Assembly: GCA_951406725.2 (NCBI GenBank)
Contig: OX597814.1
Span: forward strand, 88,474,001 to 88,538,000
Source of the DNA: Octopus vulgaris
Lineage: Eukaryota
DNA length: 64,000 bases
Direction: 5' to 3'
The notes under the pieces are model-generated. The model was not told the DNA's origin, did no database searches, and saw only the letters and a program-made list of their open reading frames with translations. This document shows, one piece after another, positions 12,737 through 29,263 of the stretch (position 1 is the first letter of the stretch; each line of letters starts with the position of its first letter). Made by a program: the position numbers and the translations under genes.

Positions 12737-12879
12737 CGCACAAACAAGCATATATGTACATAGACATACGGAAACAAACATAAATGTACATATACATATA
12801 TGCATGTGCACACATACACATACATATATTCATATGAAGAATTTTAATCGAACAAATCAACCACAGGACATGTTTTTTA

Positions 12880-13517
<638 letters not shown>

Positions 13518-13929
13518 TATTCTACATGAGACCACCATATAAGCAAACATCTTTTTGTGGGTATAGTACATTTGTTTTCCTCTTTTTTCTACCTCTCAAT
13601 TCAACTGGTTTTTCTATTCCTTTTCCTTCTCTTTGATAAAAGGTGCCATCCGAAACATCAGATTCTCTTCTGTTCTTCCTTTGGTGTATTAAGGTACATC
13701 TCGCTTGTTGCCCTTTTTTAGTATCTATATTTTCATGCAGGTGTTTTCATCTTTATTGATTGAAAACGATCAATAAAGAAACATGAGAAAGATCCCAAGT
13801 TAAATAGACTAAATCTTTATTTTATTATTTTTAAAGAAAGAAACAAAAAAAATTGTTTACAGAACAACAGTCACTTTGAAGGTTAAATCAATCAACGTAA
13901 AGTCCTCCATTCGGCACACGGAGTCCAGA

Positions 13930-14720
13930 TTAAACTGTACACTTATCGCAGAAGAGCTCCTGGTTAACATCTGTTCCCCTTGGAATACACTTAGGGCAAA
14001 CATTATCATCACAAAGGTCAACCAGCAATCAAACTTCGCTCTTCCTGCCTTTGTATTTGCTGCAGAATCTCTTGCAGATAGAACACTTAGCTCTCTTCCA
14101 CCGAATCATCTGCACTATCATGGTCACCATCACTCTTGTCACAGTCTGCACTGTCTGTCATTTTGAATCAAATGACTATTCTTCCTTTCCATTGTTAGAC
14201 TGTTGTTGCTTCTTTGGTCCATTTTTTGCTGTATGCTCTCCCGCCTCAATCATAATTCAGTGTAAATATCAATAATTACATGAAACAATGTTGCTAAAAC
14301 ATTTTCACATACTGGCATATATTTCCTACTTGTAGAAGCCTATGTGCTGTATCTTAAGTGACCCATTATGCCCCACTTTTGAATTTCCTTGAAGTTTAGA
14401 ATTTCAAAGAATATTTCTTTAAGTCAATATAATATAGGCAAAGAAGATACTCTGAAAATACCTCTTGTGCAAAAACTCCAAATTTGCGGTACTTCGTCTT
14501 GCCTCACTGCTAAGTTTTTTGTTTGACGATAAAAAATTGGCTGGTCTAGAGACTGAGGGCTGTAAACCAGAACGAAGGACTTGAAAAGAAGTCATCGGGA
14601 AGAATATATGAACAGGAGGGGTGATGCAATTCATAATGGCTGCTATATCATACTTCCTGATTTGGAGTTGGGAGAAAATGAAAATTTGGCAAATGACCCA
14701 TTATGTCCCACTGACCCTGG
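13930..14720 (-). mobile_element. Internally deleted pogo-like DNA transposon remnant with C-terminal PHD-like finger
   Basis: Minus strand encodes KCSICKRF..EV*LLVDLCDDNVCPKCI..LFCDKC* after an acidic tract. A terminal-type motif gacccattatg(c/t)cccact occurs at about 14360 and 14696. Confidence 0.55.
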
Positions 14721-14874
14721 ATACCACACTCACCACTATCACTAGCCCATAATTAGCTGATATGACCTTTAGTGTCATCGCTACTACTCTCTTTCGTAAC
14801 CATTCTGGAAAATGGACAGAATGGGTACGGCTAGCACACTTCTGTTCATATATTTGTTCTCTATAAATTCACCT

Positions 14875-15172
14875 GTGAAGGAGCATGGCTTAGTGACTAG
14901 GGAATTTGGCTCACGATCGCAAGGTCGTGAGTTCGATTACAGGCGACACGTTGTGTCCTTGAGCAAGACACTTTATTTCACGTTGCTTCAGTCCACTTAG
15001 CTAACAAAAATGAGTAGTACTTGTATTACAGTGTCACGCTGAATCTCCCCGAGAACTACGTTAAAGGTACACGTGTCTGTGGGGTGCTAAACCACATGCA
15101 CGTTAATTTCACTAGCAGGCTATTCTGTTGATCGGACCAACTGGAACCCTCATCGCCGAACCAATGGTGTGC
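14875..15172 (+). mobile_element. tRNA-derived SINE (family C, CORE-like central block)
   Basis: A box tggcttagtg, B box gagttcgatt, and 'gtgtccttgagcaagacacttt'. Relatives at 46783-47030 and 57228-57515. Confidence 0.85.
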
Positions 15173-15478
15173 CATCTCTTGATGAATTCATCAAGAGTTA
15201 AACAACAGCATGTAGTTGCCTGGACTCACCAAGTGAGTGACGTTACTTAGGGTTTTATATGTTTCTGTGAGAGAAAGAGCATTCTCAAAGGATGCTGTAA
15301 ATGTCTCATTATTGCAATACAGTATTTTGAACTACTCGGCGGGAGGACTACGATGAATAAATTAAATACTGGAGAGAAATGTTGAATGTAAATCTCAAAG
15401 TACTTTAATTCATAGACAAAATTCAAGGATGCGAGAAATTATGATGCTTTATAAGTTTTCAGAAATATATATATATGC

Positions 15479-15544
<66 letters not shown>

Positions 15545-15563
15545 ATCTATATATATATATCTA

Positions 15564-15648
<85 letters not shown>

Positions 15649-15653
15649 TTTCA

Positions 15654-15696
<43 letters not shown>

Positions 15697-15962
15697 ATGT
15701 GTGTGTGTGCGTGTGTGTGTGTGCAAGCATGCATGCATTTATGTATGAAACGAAAAATAACAAAACGAACACATAAAAGCGAGGTGAAAAAAATAAATAC
15801 AAATGTTAGTATTAGTTTTGACACTCAGGAAATTGAGTGGAGGGGTAAAGGAAATATCTTTAATGTTTCGAGTGTTCATTCTTCTTCTGAAAAACAAATG
15901 AGACAGGGGGAGGATAGACAGAAAAAAATTCAAGAATAGAAAACTTACGTGTATGATAATCT

Positions 15963-16006
<44 letters not shown>

Positions 16007-16051
16007 ATACGTATAGAGAAATAGTGAAAAAGAGTGAGAGAGAGAGAGAGA

Positions 16052-16117
<66 letters not shown>

Positions 16118-17029
16118 CATCAATTCGATCGAAGGAAATACATGGAAAATAAGTGGATTTTGATTTTCGGAGCTCATATCATTACAAAACTAACTACGTT
16201 GATAACATTTTTATTAGATTTTTGTCTTCATCAAAAGATATCTCAATCTTGACAGAAAATAGTGTACGGTTTATTTTCGTTTTGGTGACTATCGCTTATA
16301 GCAAAATACTTATAAAATATATTTTCTATTTTCTCTCTGGTTTTCAATGACAAAGTTTCTAAAGAGAAACTGTCCTTTTTATAATGGAGAGGAAACCGGA
16401 GATATTTTCCTGTTTTCTTTGCTAAGATCAATGATCTAGTGCAAAAAGATTAAAAAAAATGATATTCGAGTTTTCAAGTTAATTATATCACAACGATTTT
16501 ATCCTTATTCTTCGTGCTCTCTCTCTCCTTCCATTTCTCTCTCTCTCTCTCTAACATGCACTCACACATATACATGCATACACACATACTTTCATATGTA
16601 TGTGTATGTGTGTATGCATGTATGTATGTAAAAACACATGGAAAAATAAGGATAAATACAAGTTTATATCAAAGTTCCTACGCGCAGTTCACCATTATGG
16701 TTCTTTGGAACCCTACAATAGATGTTCCAAAGATATATAGACATTGAACCAGAACTGGGCTCAGGGACCACTGTATGCCATCAATTTACAGATAGCTATA
16801 TATATATATATATGCACACACACACACACACACACACACACAGATGATGATATGATGATGACTGTCCACTCTGGTATAGCAGTATAGTTAGACAAGTAAA
16901 GACACGACTATCTATGACCGACTTCGCCGACTTCTCGACCACTCGACTTCCTACGTCACAATATTTGTAACGATTATCACATACAATTCGTCACGTGGGA
17001 AGGATATTCCACAATTATTATCCCCATAA

Positions 17030-17212
17030 CAAAAATGCTTAACGGTATTTTGTCTCATTACGTTCTGAGTTGAAGTTCCACCGAGGTCGACTTTTCCTTT
17101 CATCCTTTCGAAGCCGATAAAATTAGTAGCATTTGAGCACTGGGGTCGATGTAGTCGGCTAGCTTTCACCCGCGAAACTGCTAACCTTGTGCCAAAAATT
17201 GGAAACCAATAT
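17030..17212 (+). mobile_element. SINE family A, diverged
   Basis: 'ccgaggtcgacttttcctttcatcctttcg'. Confidence 0.75.
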
Positions 17213-17362
17213 TTACTATATCTACTTTACCTCCTCTTCTTATCTTTACCTGACTGTTGTCAACATTAAGGATGGTGAATTCACCACAACGTAGCTTTAT
17301 TTTTACTGATCATACTAAGCAAAATTTATTTAGTCTCGCTCTTCCAACATTGTATATATATA

Positions 17363-17412
<50 letters not shown>

Positions 17413-17413
<1 letters not shown>

Positions 17414-18287
17414 TAGCATTAAAGACCCGTCGTTGCCGGCTCATAGTGCTAGTGCATGTATATATGTGTATATATATGTGTACATATTACATGTACATCT
17501 ATATATATATACATCTACACATAAAATGCAAAATACAAAGTTATATCTTGATATCGCTAGTGATAACAATACTCAAAATATATAACAGATTGGAATTGTT
17601 AGCTCTTCTTTTTTTCTCTACATTGTATACTTTATAGACAATAGTCTTTTCTTTAATTTAATTCTTTTATTATCCATCTGGACTATTCCATTTCTGCACT
17701 CTAATTTTATTTTTAATTTATTCCCATTCATGTGAAACTACTTATTCAAGTTCAAATCATTGATGCAATTTTATACCAATTGCTATTTTTACTTTTGTTA
17801 TGTTACGATTATATTATACTTTAGTTTGATTTTAATTATTACTTACTACATATAATTCAATTGTTATTATTATTTTTATTGTTAAAGTGAAAGCATCTGA
17901 CATAAAACAGAGAAATATTTTTGTTTCACTTTTAACACGTAATACTGAAATAGTGGAGAAGATATGATATTGCTATGGGCTCGCTCTAGGCAAGAAGTTG
18001 AACATTTTTTTCCCCATGAAACTACATGGACCCTAAGTAAGGCATGTGTAAAATTTGAATGAAATTGGTTGTGTAGTTCTCAAGTTTTAGGGAATCGTAG
18101 TGGAGAAGATATGATATTGCTGTGGGCTCGCCCTAGACAAAAAGTAACAATTTTTTTGCCGATGACATTCCCCGAACACTAAGTAAGGCATGTGTAAAAT
18201 TTGAATAAAATTGGTTGTGTAGTTCTCAAGTTTTAGGGAAACACACAGACAGACAGACACACATTCTCAGTTTTATATATATAAAGA
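17413..18287 (-). mobile_element. Non-autonomous Helitron (second family) with internal tandem duplication
   Basis: Minus-strand 5' TC at 18287 and 3' CTAG at 17413-17416, hairpin cccgtcgttgccgg, A|T target. The block 'tagtggagaagatatgatattgct..ctcaagttttagggaa' is duplicated at about 17951 and 18098. Confidence 0.8.
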
Positions 18288-18444
18288 TGAAGAGAAAATT
18301 TAGTACGTAAATTTCGAGTTGTATCATTGGTGTAACCATGATGTTCTGGTGATCTGATGAGCTAGAATTCTTTATCTCCATTGATTTGTGAATATACAGT
18401 CGTATTGTATAATGCGTAGCATGCATATTTATGCGAACATGTAA

Positions 18445-18565
18445 GCATAATTTATTATACATTGAAATTATTATTACATGAAGAAACCTGCAAAATGGTC
18501 ATAATCCTAAGGATGTCAAGTGTTTAAATAAATATATTCACCTCTCATACCTTCTAACTTTTTAT

Positions 18566-18635
<70 letters not shown>

Positions 18636-19215
18636 CATACATACATACATACATACATACATGCATATATATGTATATATATATATAAATCATAAAATTT
18701 AGAAGGTATGTCAGGTGAATATATTCAATTTGAATGACCTAAGGTGTAGGAGTCGCTGTGTGGTAAGTAGCTTGCTTACGAACCACATGGTTCCGGGTTC
18801 AGTCCCATTGCGTGGCACCTTGGGCAAGTGTCTTCTTCTATAGCCTCGGGCCGATTAAATCCTTGTGATTGGATTTGGTTGACGGAAACTGAAAGAAGCC
18901 CGTCGTATATATGTATATATATAGTTTTATGTATGTGTGTATATGTTTTTGTGTCTGTCTGTGTTTGCCCCACCCCCAACATCGCTTGAGAACCGATGCT
19001 AGTGTGTTTACGTCCCCGTAACTTAGCGGTTCGACAAAAGACACTGATAGAATAAGTACTAGGCTTTGGTTCGATTTGCTCGACTAAAGGCGGTGCTCCA
19101 GCATGGCCACAGTCACATGACTGAAACATGTAAAAGAGTAACCACTTGACATCCTTAGGGTTATGGCCGTTTCACAGCTTTCTTCATTTAATAAAAATTT
19201 CAATGTACAATATGC
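18445..19215. mobile_element. Foldback/MITE-like element: inverted arms of about 120 bp around a (TA)n/(CATA)n core, right arm split by a SINE
   Basis: 18452-18570 is the reverse complement of 18687-18732 joined to 19142-19212 (for example cctaaggatgtcaagtg and cacttgacatccttagg). Confidence 0.75.
18742..19141 (+). mobile_element. SINE family B, full length
   Basis: tRNA-like head, internal microsatellite and tail 'gtaaaagagta'. Confidence 0.9.
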
Positions 19216-19701
19216 TTCTTCGATTCAACATCCGTAATTTTAGGAAAATCTTTTTAATTTCAGAATTTTTCACAAATCTTTTTAAAATTTTGATGTTATT
19301 ATAGAAACCTTTTATATTTCGAAAGCATATAATATTTTGAACTCTTTTGAATTTTTAATGTACCTCGGATGAGAGAAATGTGGTCAATTGTTATGGATGG
19401 AAAACTCGCCCATTTCAAACCACAATTTTTCGAAACGATCGTAAGAATATGTACTCAGTTAAGATTTATCCTAATTCATCGTATACCACTGCTTCTTGGA
19501 TTCCTACCTTCTAACCTCGTCATTAATTCGTAAAATTTGAATGATTAACACTGTGTTAATGCAGGTACATTTATGTATTATACGCATTCATGATTTGTGT
19601 ATTTGTACTTGAATTGATATTGTATATGTACATGCCTTTGATGCGAAGTGATTTAATTTGATAACGAGACCTGACCATTGAAATTTGTTCTCTTTTCTTG
19701 C

Positions 19702-19753
<52 letters not shown>

Positions 19754-20035
19754 CGGGCGTGCACACGAGCGCTCTACCTAAAGTAATGCATGCAAATAGG
19801 GTATAGTTTTCTTATTAATTGACAGGTCATTCAAATTGCATATGTTGGTAGAAATACGATGCATTTATGCAATCATTAAAATCAGCCCTCGATTCCTCTT
19901 CATAAAAATGAAGGTGTGCATTATCGTTTTCACTTTTTCACAACCACTTGAACGTGGAGTGTCATCAATTTCTCGACTGCCTGATTTATTGTTATAGTTG
20001 TATAAGGTCACACGATCTGCCAGATCGCCGTTTTA

Positions 20036-20090
<55 letters not shown>

Positions 20091-20231
20091 TAATATGATA
20101 AATAATATAATAAATATAATAATTAATAAATAACTTTAAAATACTATAATAAATAACTTAATATAATAATATTAAGTTAATTATTATACTATAATAAATA
20201 ATATAATATAATATAATAAATAACTTTAAAA

Positions 20232-21935
20232 AGGCTAACGTCATGTTGCCGCACTTGTTGATTCGGGAAACACTCAACATGTGTATAAGAACGGCATGCC
20301 TAGTTGGAAAAAATGTATTTTCTGTAACAACCAGCACTTAGCCGAGGTAACAATCAAAAGAGGTATCTTCCAGGGGGACTCTTGTTCACCTTTATTATTT
20401 GTTATAGCGTTGATCTCACTTTTTATAGTCCTACGCAAAGTCAACGCACACTATGAGCTGTGAAAGAATGGACCTCGTCTCAACCACCTTCTCTTCATGG
20501 ATGATTTAAAACTGTTCGCAAAACAGAGCCTAAAATGGAGCAGCAAGGCTATAGGAATGGAACTCGATACCTTGACGTGTGCAGTGCTCACTTTGAAACT
20601 GGAGAAAAGAGCAGATTGTAGGGGCATTGAATTGCCAGACGGAAAGAGAATGGAATACCGGAATGATGATTGATACAAGTACCTTGAGATCCTGGAGCTG
20701 GACAATATCTTGCACAGAGTAATGAAAGACAAGCTCATCACTGCATATTTGAAGTGCCTCAAACTTCTCAAAACTCAACTCAGGGAACCTTGTGACTGCC
20801 ACCAACATATAGGTTGTTGTTGAAGTCCGCTATTGTGAACCCATCGTGAAATGGACACAAGCGGAGAGTAACCAACTCGGTCGTACTACTCGAAAAACAA
20901 TGACAATGCATGGCGCCCTCCACCCTAAGGCGAACGTACACAGGCTTTACATGAAGAGGTGTAAAGGTGGACGTGGGCTGATTAGCGTACAGGAGTGCAT
21001 CAATAGTGAAAAAAAAATCATGGCAGAATATTTGGTAAACAGCAAACAAGACCTGCTACAGTATGCTGCTAATGTAGAAGGCCTTATCAAAAGTGGATTT
21101 GAGAGCGCTCATGAATTCCGATCATATATAGCCAACGAGAGAGAAGAAACCTTGCTCCTCATGAAATTACATGGTCCGTTCCACTGTGAAACTAACAATT
21201 TAAAAGACGAGCTAGCATCGTGGAGGTGGCTCAGCAAAGGTTACCTAAAAAAGTAGACTGAAAGCTTAATCATCGCTGCCCAGGAACAGGCATTAAATAC
21301 TAACTCAGTGAAACGGGATAAATACCATACAAGTGCAACCAACCTCGGCAGAATGTGTGAGAAGAGAGTCGAAAGCGTGACTCACAATGTTAAGTCTTGT
21401 GAAAGTCTCGCACAGAAAGAGTACAAGCGCAGACACGTCATGGTAGCTCGAAACCTTCACTGGCTACTATACTGGAAGTATGGATATGAGGTAACGGGTG
21501 CTTGGTACCAACATACACCGGAAAAGGTAATGGACGAAAAGGGGAAGGCGAAAATCTTCTGGACATTGACTTCCAGACAAACAAGGTATTAGAGCACCGA
21601 AGGCCAGATACAGTAACCTTTAGGAGAGAGTGCCTAATGATCGACTTAGCAGTAGCAGGAGATCAACATATGAGAAAAGAGAAAAGATTGATAAATATGA
21701 AGACCTGAGGATTGAAATCGCTAAGATGTGGTAGTTACGAGAGTCAAGCATAAAGGTTGTCCCTATTGTCATTGGAACATTGGGTTCAATACCACCCAAG
21801 AAACATCTAGAAACTTTAGAAATACCCTACAATCTAGGTGTATTGCAAAAATCGGCATTACTTGGAATTGCACGCACATTGCGTAAAGAACTGTCTATCG
21901 ATATTAGATATTAGATATTGTGCCACGTCTTAAAA
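20232..21935 (+). mobile_element. 5'-truncated R4/Dong-like LINE (RT, zinc knuckle and RLE), decayed
   Basis: 'IKRGIFQGDSCSPLLFV', 'LNHLLFMDDLKLF', 'LHPKANVHRLYMKRCKGGRGL', 'AAQEQAL' and 'HRRPD'. Flanked by TAC/TAA and TAA/TGA repeats. Confidence 0.9.
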
Positions 21936-21937
21936 TC

Positions 21938-24631
<2,694 letters not shown>

Positions 24632-25121
24632 AATAGAAAAAAATATGGAAATCCTTTGAAATTTGGTAAAAATTGTGATGGGCTTGAGAAGTTCATAAAC
24701 AAGCATTTGAATGTTTCAGTTTACCATTCTTAATGAGACAATCAACGCAACTACAGATCCTTTTACTAGAGAAATTTGAACAAGTTACAAGTTTTAATAA
24801 CACAGGGAGATTTTGGGATAAGATGAGAATTGCGGGATAAAAATAAACGGAGATTAGCATGCCAGGGATTGGAGAGAGAACATTAGATAAGGTACAAAAA
24901 AAAAAAAAAATAGTGATATTAATGGATGTGATCATTTGAAAAACTTAGATATTGCAAAACAAGGATTCCTTGGAGACTTAAAGCTTTCGATAGAAACCGT
25001 TGGATTTATCAACAGTAATGTTAGAGAGGCCATTCCAAACCTGAAATACCTATGACTGTGACCTCGGAAGAGAGAAGCTTTAGGGACCTTATAGAATATG
25101 AAAACAACAATGTCATCAGTA

Positions 25122-25595
25122 GGGCAGCGAGCTGGCAGAATCGTTAGCACGCCGGGCAAATTGCTTAGCGGTATTTTGCTTGTCTTTAAAGGCGGCGAGC
25201 TGGCAGAAACGTTAGCGCGCCGGGCGAAATGCTTAGCGGTATTTCGTCTGTCGCTACGTTCTGAATTCAAATTCCGCCGAGGTCGACTTTGCCTTTCATC
25301 CTCTCGGGATCGATTAAATAAGTACCAGCAACACACTGGGGTCGATATAATCGACTTAATCCGTTTGTCTGTCCTTGTTTGTCCCTTCTGTGTTTAGCCC
25401 CTTGTGGATAATAAAGAAATAGGTATTTCGTCTGTCTTTACGTTCTTGAGTTCAAATTCCGCCGAGGTCGACTTTACTTTTCATTCTTTCGGGCTCGATA
25501 AAATAAGTACCAATTGAACACCACATTGGGTTAGATGTAATCGACTTCACTGTCCCACAAACTTGCTGGCCTTGTGCCAAAATTCGAAACCAATA
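25122..25595 (+). mobile_element. Nested or tandem SINE family A copies
   Basis: Heads at about 25122 and 25191, with the body repeated at 25421-25595. Confidence 0.88.
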
Positions 25596-25902
25596 TTTAC
25601 ATCGTCAGTGACACATGACAAGTTAGATTCTTTTGTGTATCTGTAGATATTTCTGTGTCTTTCTCGCATATATTTTCTTTGTATGTAAGTGAGTTACTTT
25701 TGTAAAATTTGTTATTAGGTGAAATACCAACGATATTTTTCTATGGGCATTTTAGCTGAATATACCGACGATAAGGAATTTTCGTTTCAGCTTGATAAGT
25801 GCTGTCGCACGAAATTCTAGGCCCTTGAGTTACTTGTGAAGCTTCTCATCTAGTAAATAATAAATTATATTACACACACGACAACATAAGCATGCGCGCG
25901 CA

Positions 25903-25956
<54 letters not shown>

Positions 25957-26620
25957 TTATCCTTCATAACCAAATACAAAATACGTATTCTCCGCCACTC
26001 AGCACTCTCAAAGCAATTTTTCGAGATAAAAGAATAATTTCAGACGTTCGAAAAGCACATATCGCTGACCGAAGATAAGTAGATACTATTTTGATGTCTT
26101 CAATAAAAGAATCTGTTCCAGTTATCAATCCTTTACATGTTGCGGCTTATTCAATACATAATTGGACATCATTTTATTGATTCATAAAATGCCGAGTTTC
26201 AAAATTCGATCTTGTTGTCAACTACTTCTAGTTCTCTTTTCCAGCCCTGAAATAACATTTAAAGATTTGTGTACTAACTTTATAAAAAAAGACATTTTAA
26301 AAAATAAGTGAAATTTGAAACTAAAAAAAAAAACAACAAACATCCACGCGGAAGCAGAGTGATTGTCTCTTGTTAAAATGACTGTTTTAAGACCAGTATT
26401 CCAGCATTTAAGAGATTTGTTTTAATGCAAACTACGTCACAATGTGATTTGGTCTCGTCCCATTTTACGACGCAAGTGAAATGGATTTAAATAACAAACT
26501 ACCGAGCGATTAGCATTGCTTTCCATTTCTTGGTGTTCTCATCCAGACTAGCTTGTTCCTTTCTTTCTTTTTGTAGACAGTCTTCAAATGGAAAGCACTT
26601 AAATGGATCGTCACAAAGTG

Positions 26621-26654
<34 letters not shown>

Positions 26655-27259
26655 AAACAAATGATTGTATATGCACACTTTATGAATGTTCGCAGAAGCA
26701 AGCCAAGCAAATGCAGGTTGAGATGGTGTAGAACTGTAGCGTATGTTATTAAGGCGTCCTGAATTTTTTAATAAAAAGTAAAATGGGATTATAATTATTT
26801 TTATGGATTCGACTGCATATTTAAAGGCGTAGCGTATCTAGATCAGCGAACGTGAGTGAGTGGGTGATAATTGATATTCATAGAAGGGTTATCTCATGAT
26901 TCTTTTTTTTTTTGCTATTACTTGATATTTACCTGCGAGTCAATGTGTTTGAAACATCTGCAAGGATAACCAAGGAAGATGCCAACTAAATACTGTAGGT
27001 TTCATGACAAATTTGAATGAATAGGCTCTTCTTTTAAAGCAATATTTTCCCAACCAAGTATGTGTCAAAATTTATTTCAGTGAATGAAAGAATGACCTTG
27101 GGAAAAGTTTTATTAATTCTGAAAAAATCGTATTATCAAAAAGTCAGAATGTTACCGACAAAATATGTTACGAAAAACGTATGTTTCATACGCACGCATT
27201 GCAATTTTTTTTTTGCATGTCCGCCTTTCCCTGTTTTTCCGAGCACTAGCTCCCTTTAG

Positions 27260-27590
27260 ACCGGCTTTTGCATTGAGTTGTTATGATTGAGGAAATTGTT
27301 GTTTTTTCTCCAAGAACATAAAAAAAAAATGCTTGAGCACCACCAATTCATTTTGTACGTTGCCTATTTGTCAGATGTATTTAACCAGTTTAATAATCTG
27401 AAACTCCCAACGCAGGGAATCACAACAAATAAGCTACAGTACCTTGATAAGGGTGAGATATTTAAGAAGAAAGGTCTCAGTGTGGAAGCACAGAACTGAA
27501 AAACAAGATTCCTATTCATTTCCTATATTTGAAGAAGGAATCGGAGAACAGTGACAATTCGATCCATCGTTGTAAAAAAGAGCTGATAAT
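27260..27590 (+). mobile_element. hAT (Charlie/Buster-like) transposase remnant
   Basis: 'VAYLSDVFNQFNNLKLPTQG' resembles the conserved LAYLxDIF..LN..LQG block. Confidence 0.6.
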
Positions 27591-27596
27591 CATCTG

Positions 27597-27808
27597 TTGG
27601 CTAAACACAGAGGGGACAAACAAGGACAGACAAACGTTTTAAGTCGTTTACATCGACCCCAGTGCGTAACTGATACTTAATTTATCGACCCCGAAAGGAT
27701 AAAAAGCAAAGTCGACCTCGGCGGAATTTGAACACAGACTGTAACAGCAGACGAAATACGGTTACGCATTTCGCCCGGCGTGCTAACGATTCTGCCAGCT
27801 CGCCGCCA
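27597..27808 (-). mobile_element. SINE family A
   Basis: Reverse complement of the head 'ggcggcgagctggcagaatcgttagc' and of the body. Confidence 0.88.
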
Positions 27809-27901
27809 GTAGTCATAGTTACCTTACTGGTTGGTGTACTCAATTGGTCTGTTGATCAATTGAGAAAAATTGAACGACCTAAGAATATATATGTGTGTAT
27901 G

Positions 27902-27965
<64 letters not shown>

Positions 27966-28239
27966 CACACACACACACACGTACACACACACACGTACAC
28001 ACACACACGTACACACACACACACACACACACATCACATACATACAAAAGGTGCGGCAAAAAATTCCCACACATTTTACAAGTTGATAAACGTTTCAATG
28101 GCAAATGCACTGTGTGTACCTGACCGGTACACACGGTGTTAAAAAGAAATTGGGTTAAAACAAACAACCAGGGTTAAAAATATCCTAATATATTAGCTAT
28201 ATATAGCTAATATAAAAATATCCTAATATATTAGCTATA

Positions 28240-28450
28240 AAGGCGCAGGAGTGGCTGTCTGGTGAGTAGCTTGTTTACCAACTACATGGGTCCGGGTTTA
28301 GTCCCACTGCGTGACACCTTGGGAAAATGTCTTCTACTATAGCTTGTTTCAGGTTTACAAAGAATAAGTCCCGGCGTCGATTTGTTCGACTAAAGGTGAT
28401 GCTCCAGCATGGACGCAGTCAAATGACTGAAACAAGTAAAAGTATAAAAG
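28240..28450 (+). mobile_element. SINE family B, internally deleted
   Basis: The head is joined directly to the 3' tail. Confidence 0.85.
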
Positions 28451-28463
28451 TATATATATATAT

Positions 28464-29074
28464 ATTGAAAAATAGGATAAAATCTGTATAAGAATTTATC
28501 AAGTAGTTAGCGTGAAAAACCTTTTAAGGGAGAAATCCATCAATTATTCCTCTTAAATATATTTATTTATATTAAGAGCATTACTATACATAAATGCCTC
28601 ACACTAGGAGGAACTCTCACAGTCAAAACTACCATAATAAATAAACACATTGTACCGAACTCGAGGAAATGCAACTTTCGAAGCGAGCATTTTAAAAACA
28701 GAATTCAGCTGCATATCATATGATTTCATAATTAGTGCACAAAATGCACTTTTTAATCGTCAGTGCAAGCATAATTCAAGATACATAAAAATGAACAAGA
28801 ATCAAAATACCAGACGAACACCAAATGTATCCAGCATAGTACATAGAATTGTTCACACTTATATAATTATGTAAAAGGTGGGTTTTTCGAATTGCATCTC
28901 GGTACATGTGTTTATTCAGAATAAAATTCAGCACTGAATATATTCCGGTTAACTTTACAATTGAAAAATAGGATAAAATCTTTATAAGATTTTATTAAGT
29001 AGTAAGATTTTATTAAGTATTTATTAAGTGAAAAACCTCATAAGGGAAAACTCCAGCAATTATTCCTCCTAAAT
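28464..29074 (-). mobile_element. Terminally redundant hammerhead-containing unit (496-bp monomer; retrozyme or Penelope pLTR-like)
   Basis: Direct repeat 28464-28558 matches 28960-29074 (period 496). Contains a minus-strand hammerhead. Shares 'aaaaggtt..aactacttg.taaa' with the 7.7-kb and 29.2-kb units. Confidence 0.7.
28708..28770 (-). ncRNA. Type I hammerhead ribozyme motif with weakened stem II closing pairs
   Basis: Minus strand: gcttgca-CTGACGA-ttaaaaagtgca tttt gtgcactaattat-GAAA-tcatatga-TA-tgcagc. Confidence 0.7.
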
Positions 29075-29163
29075 TTTATCCTATTTTTCAATTGTAAATT
29101 TAACCGGAATATATTCAGTGTTGAATTTTATTCTGAATAAACACGTGTACCGAGATGCAATTC
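28889..29163. repeat. 91-bp inverted repeat with 93-bp spacer
   Basis: 28889-28979 is the near-perfect reverse complement of 29073-29163. Confidence 0.9.
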
Positions 29164-29178
29164 CTTTTACTGCCTTTT

Positions 29179-29263
29179 ACTGTACTGAAGAGGAGAATGA
29201 TTAGAGTAGAAATGTGGTTTTTACATTTTTCACATCTATCTAACTCCGAAACGCGTATACAGT
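29179..29263 (+). ncRNA. Type I hammerhead ribozyme with intact catalytic core
   Basis: actgta-CTGAAGA-ggag..(extended stem II)..ctcc-GAAAC-GC-GTA-tacagt. Stem I is 6 bp, the G-C pair closing stem II is present, and stem III is minimal and palindromic. Confidence 0.85.

Noticed and set aside
17242-17254. 13-nt match to the 3' part of miR-8 on the minus strand
   Set aside because: The seed does not match and I see no star arm or precursor hairpin.
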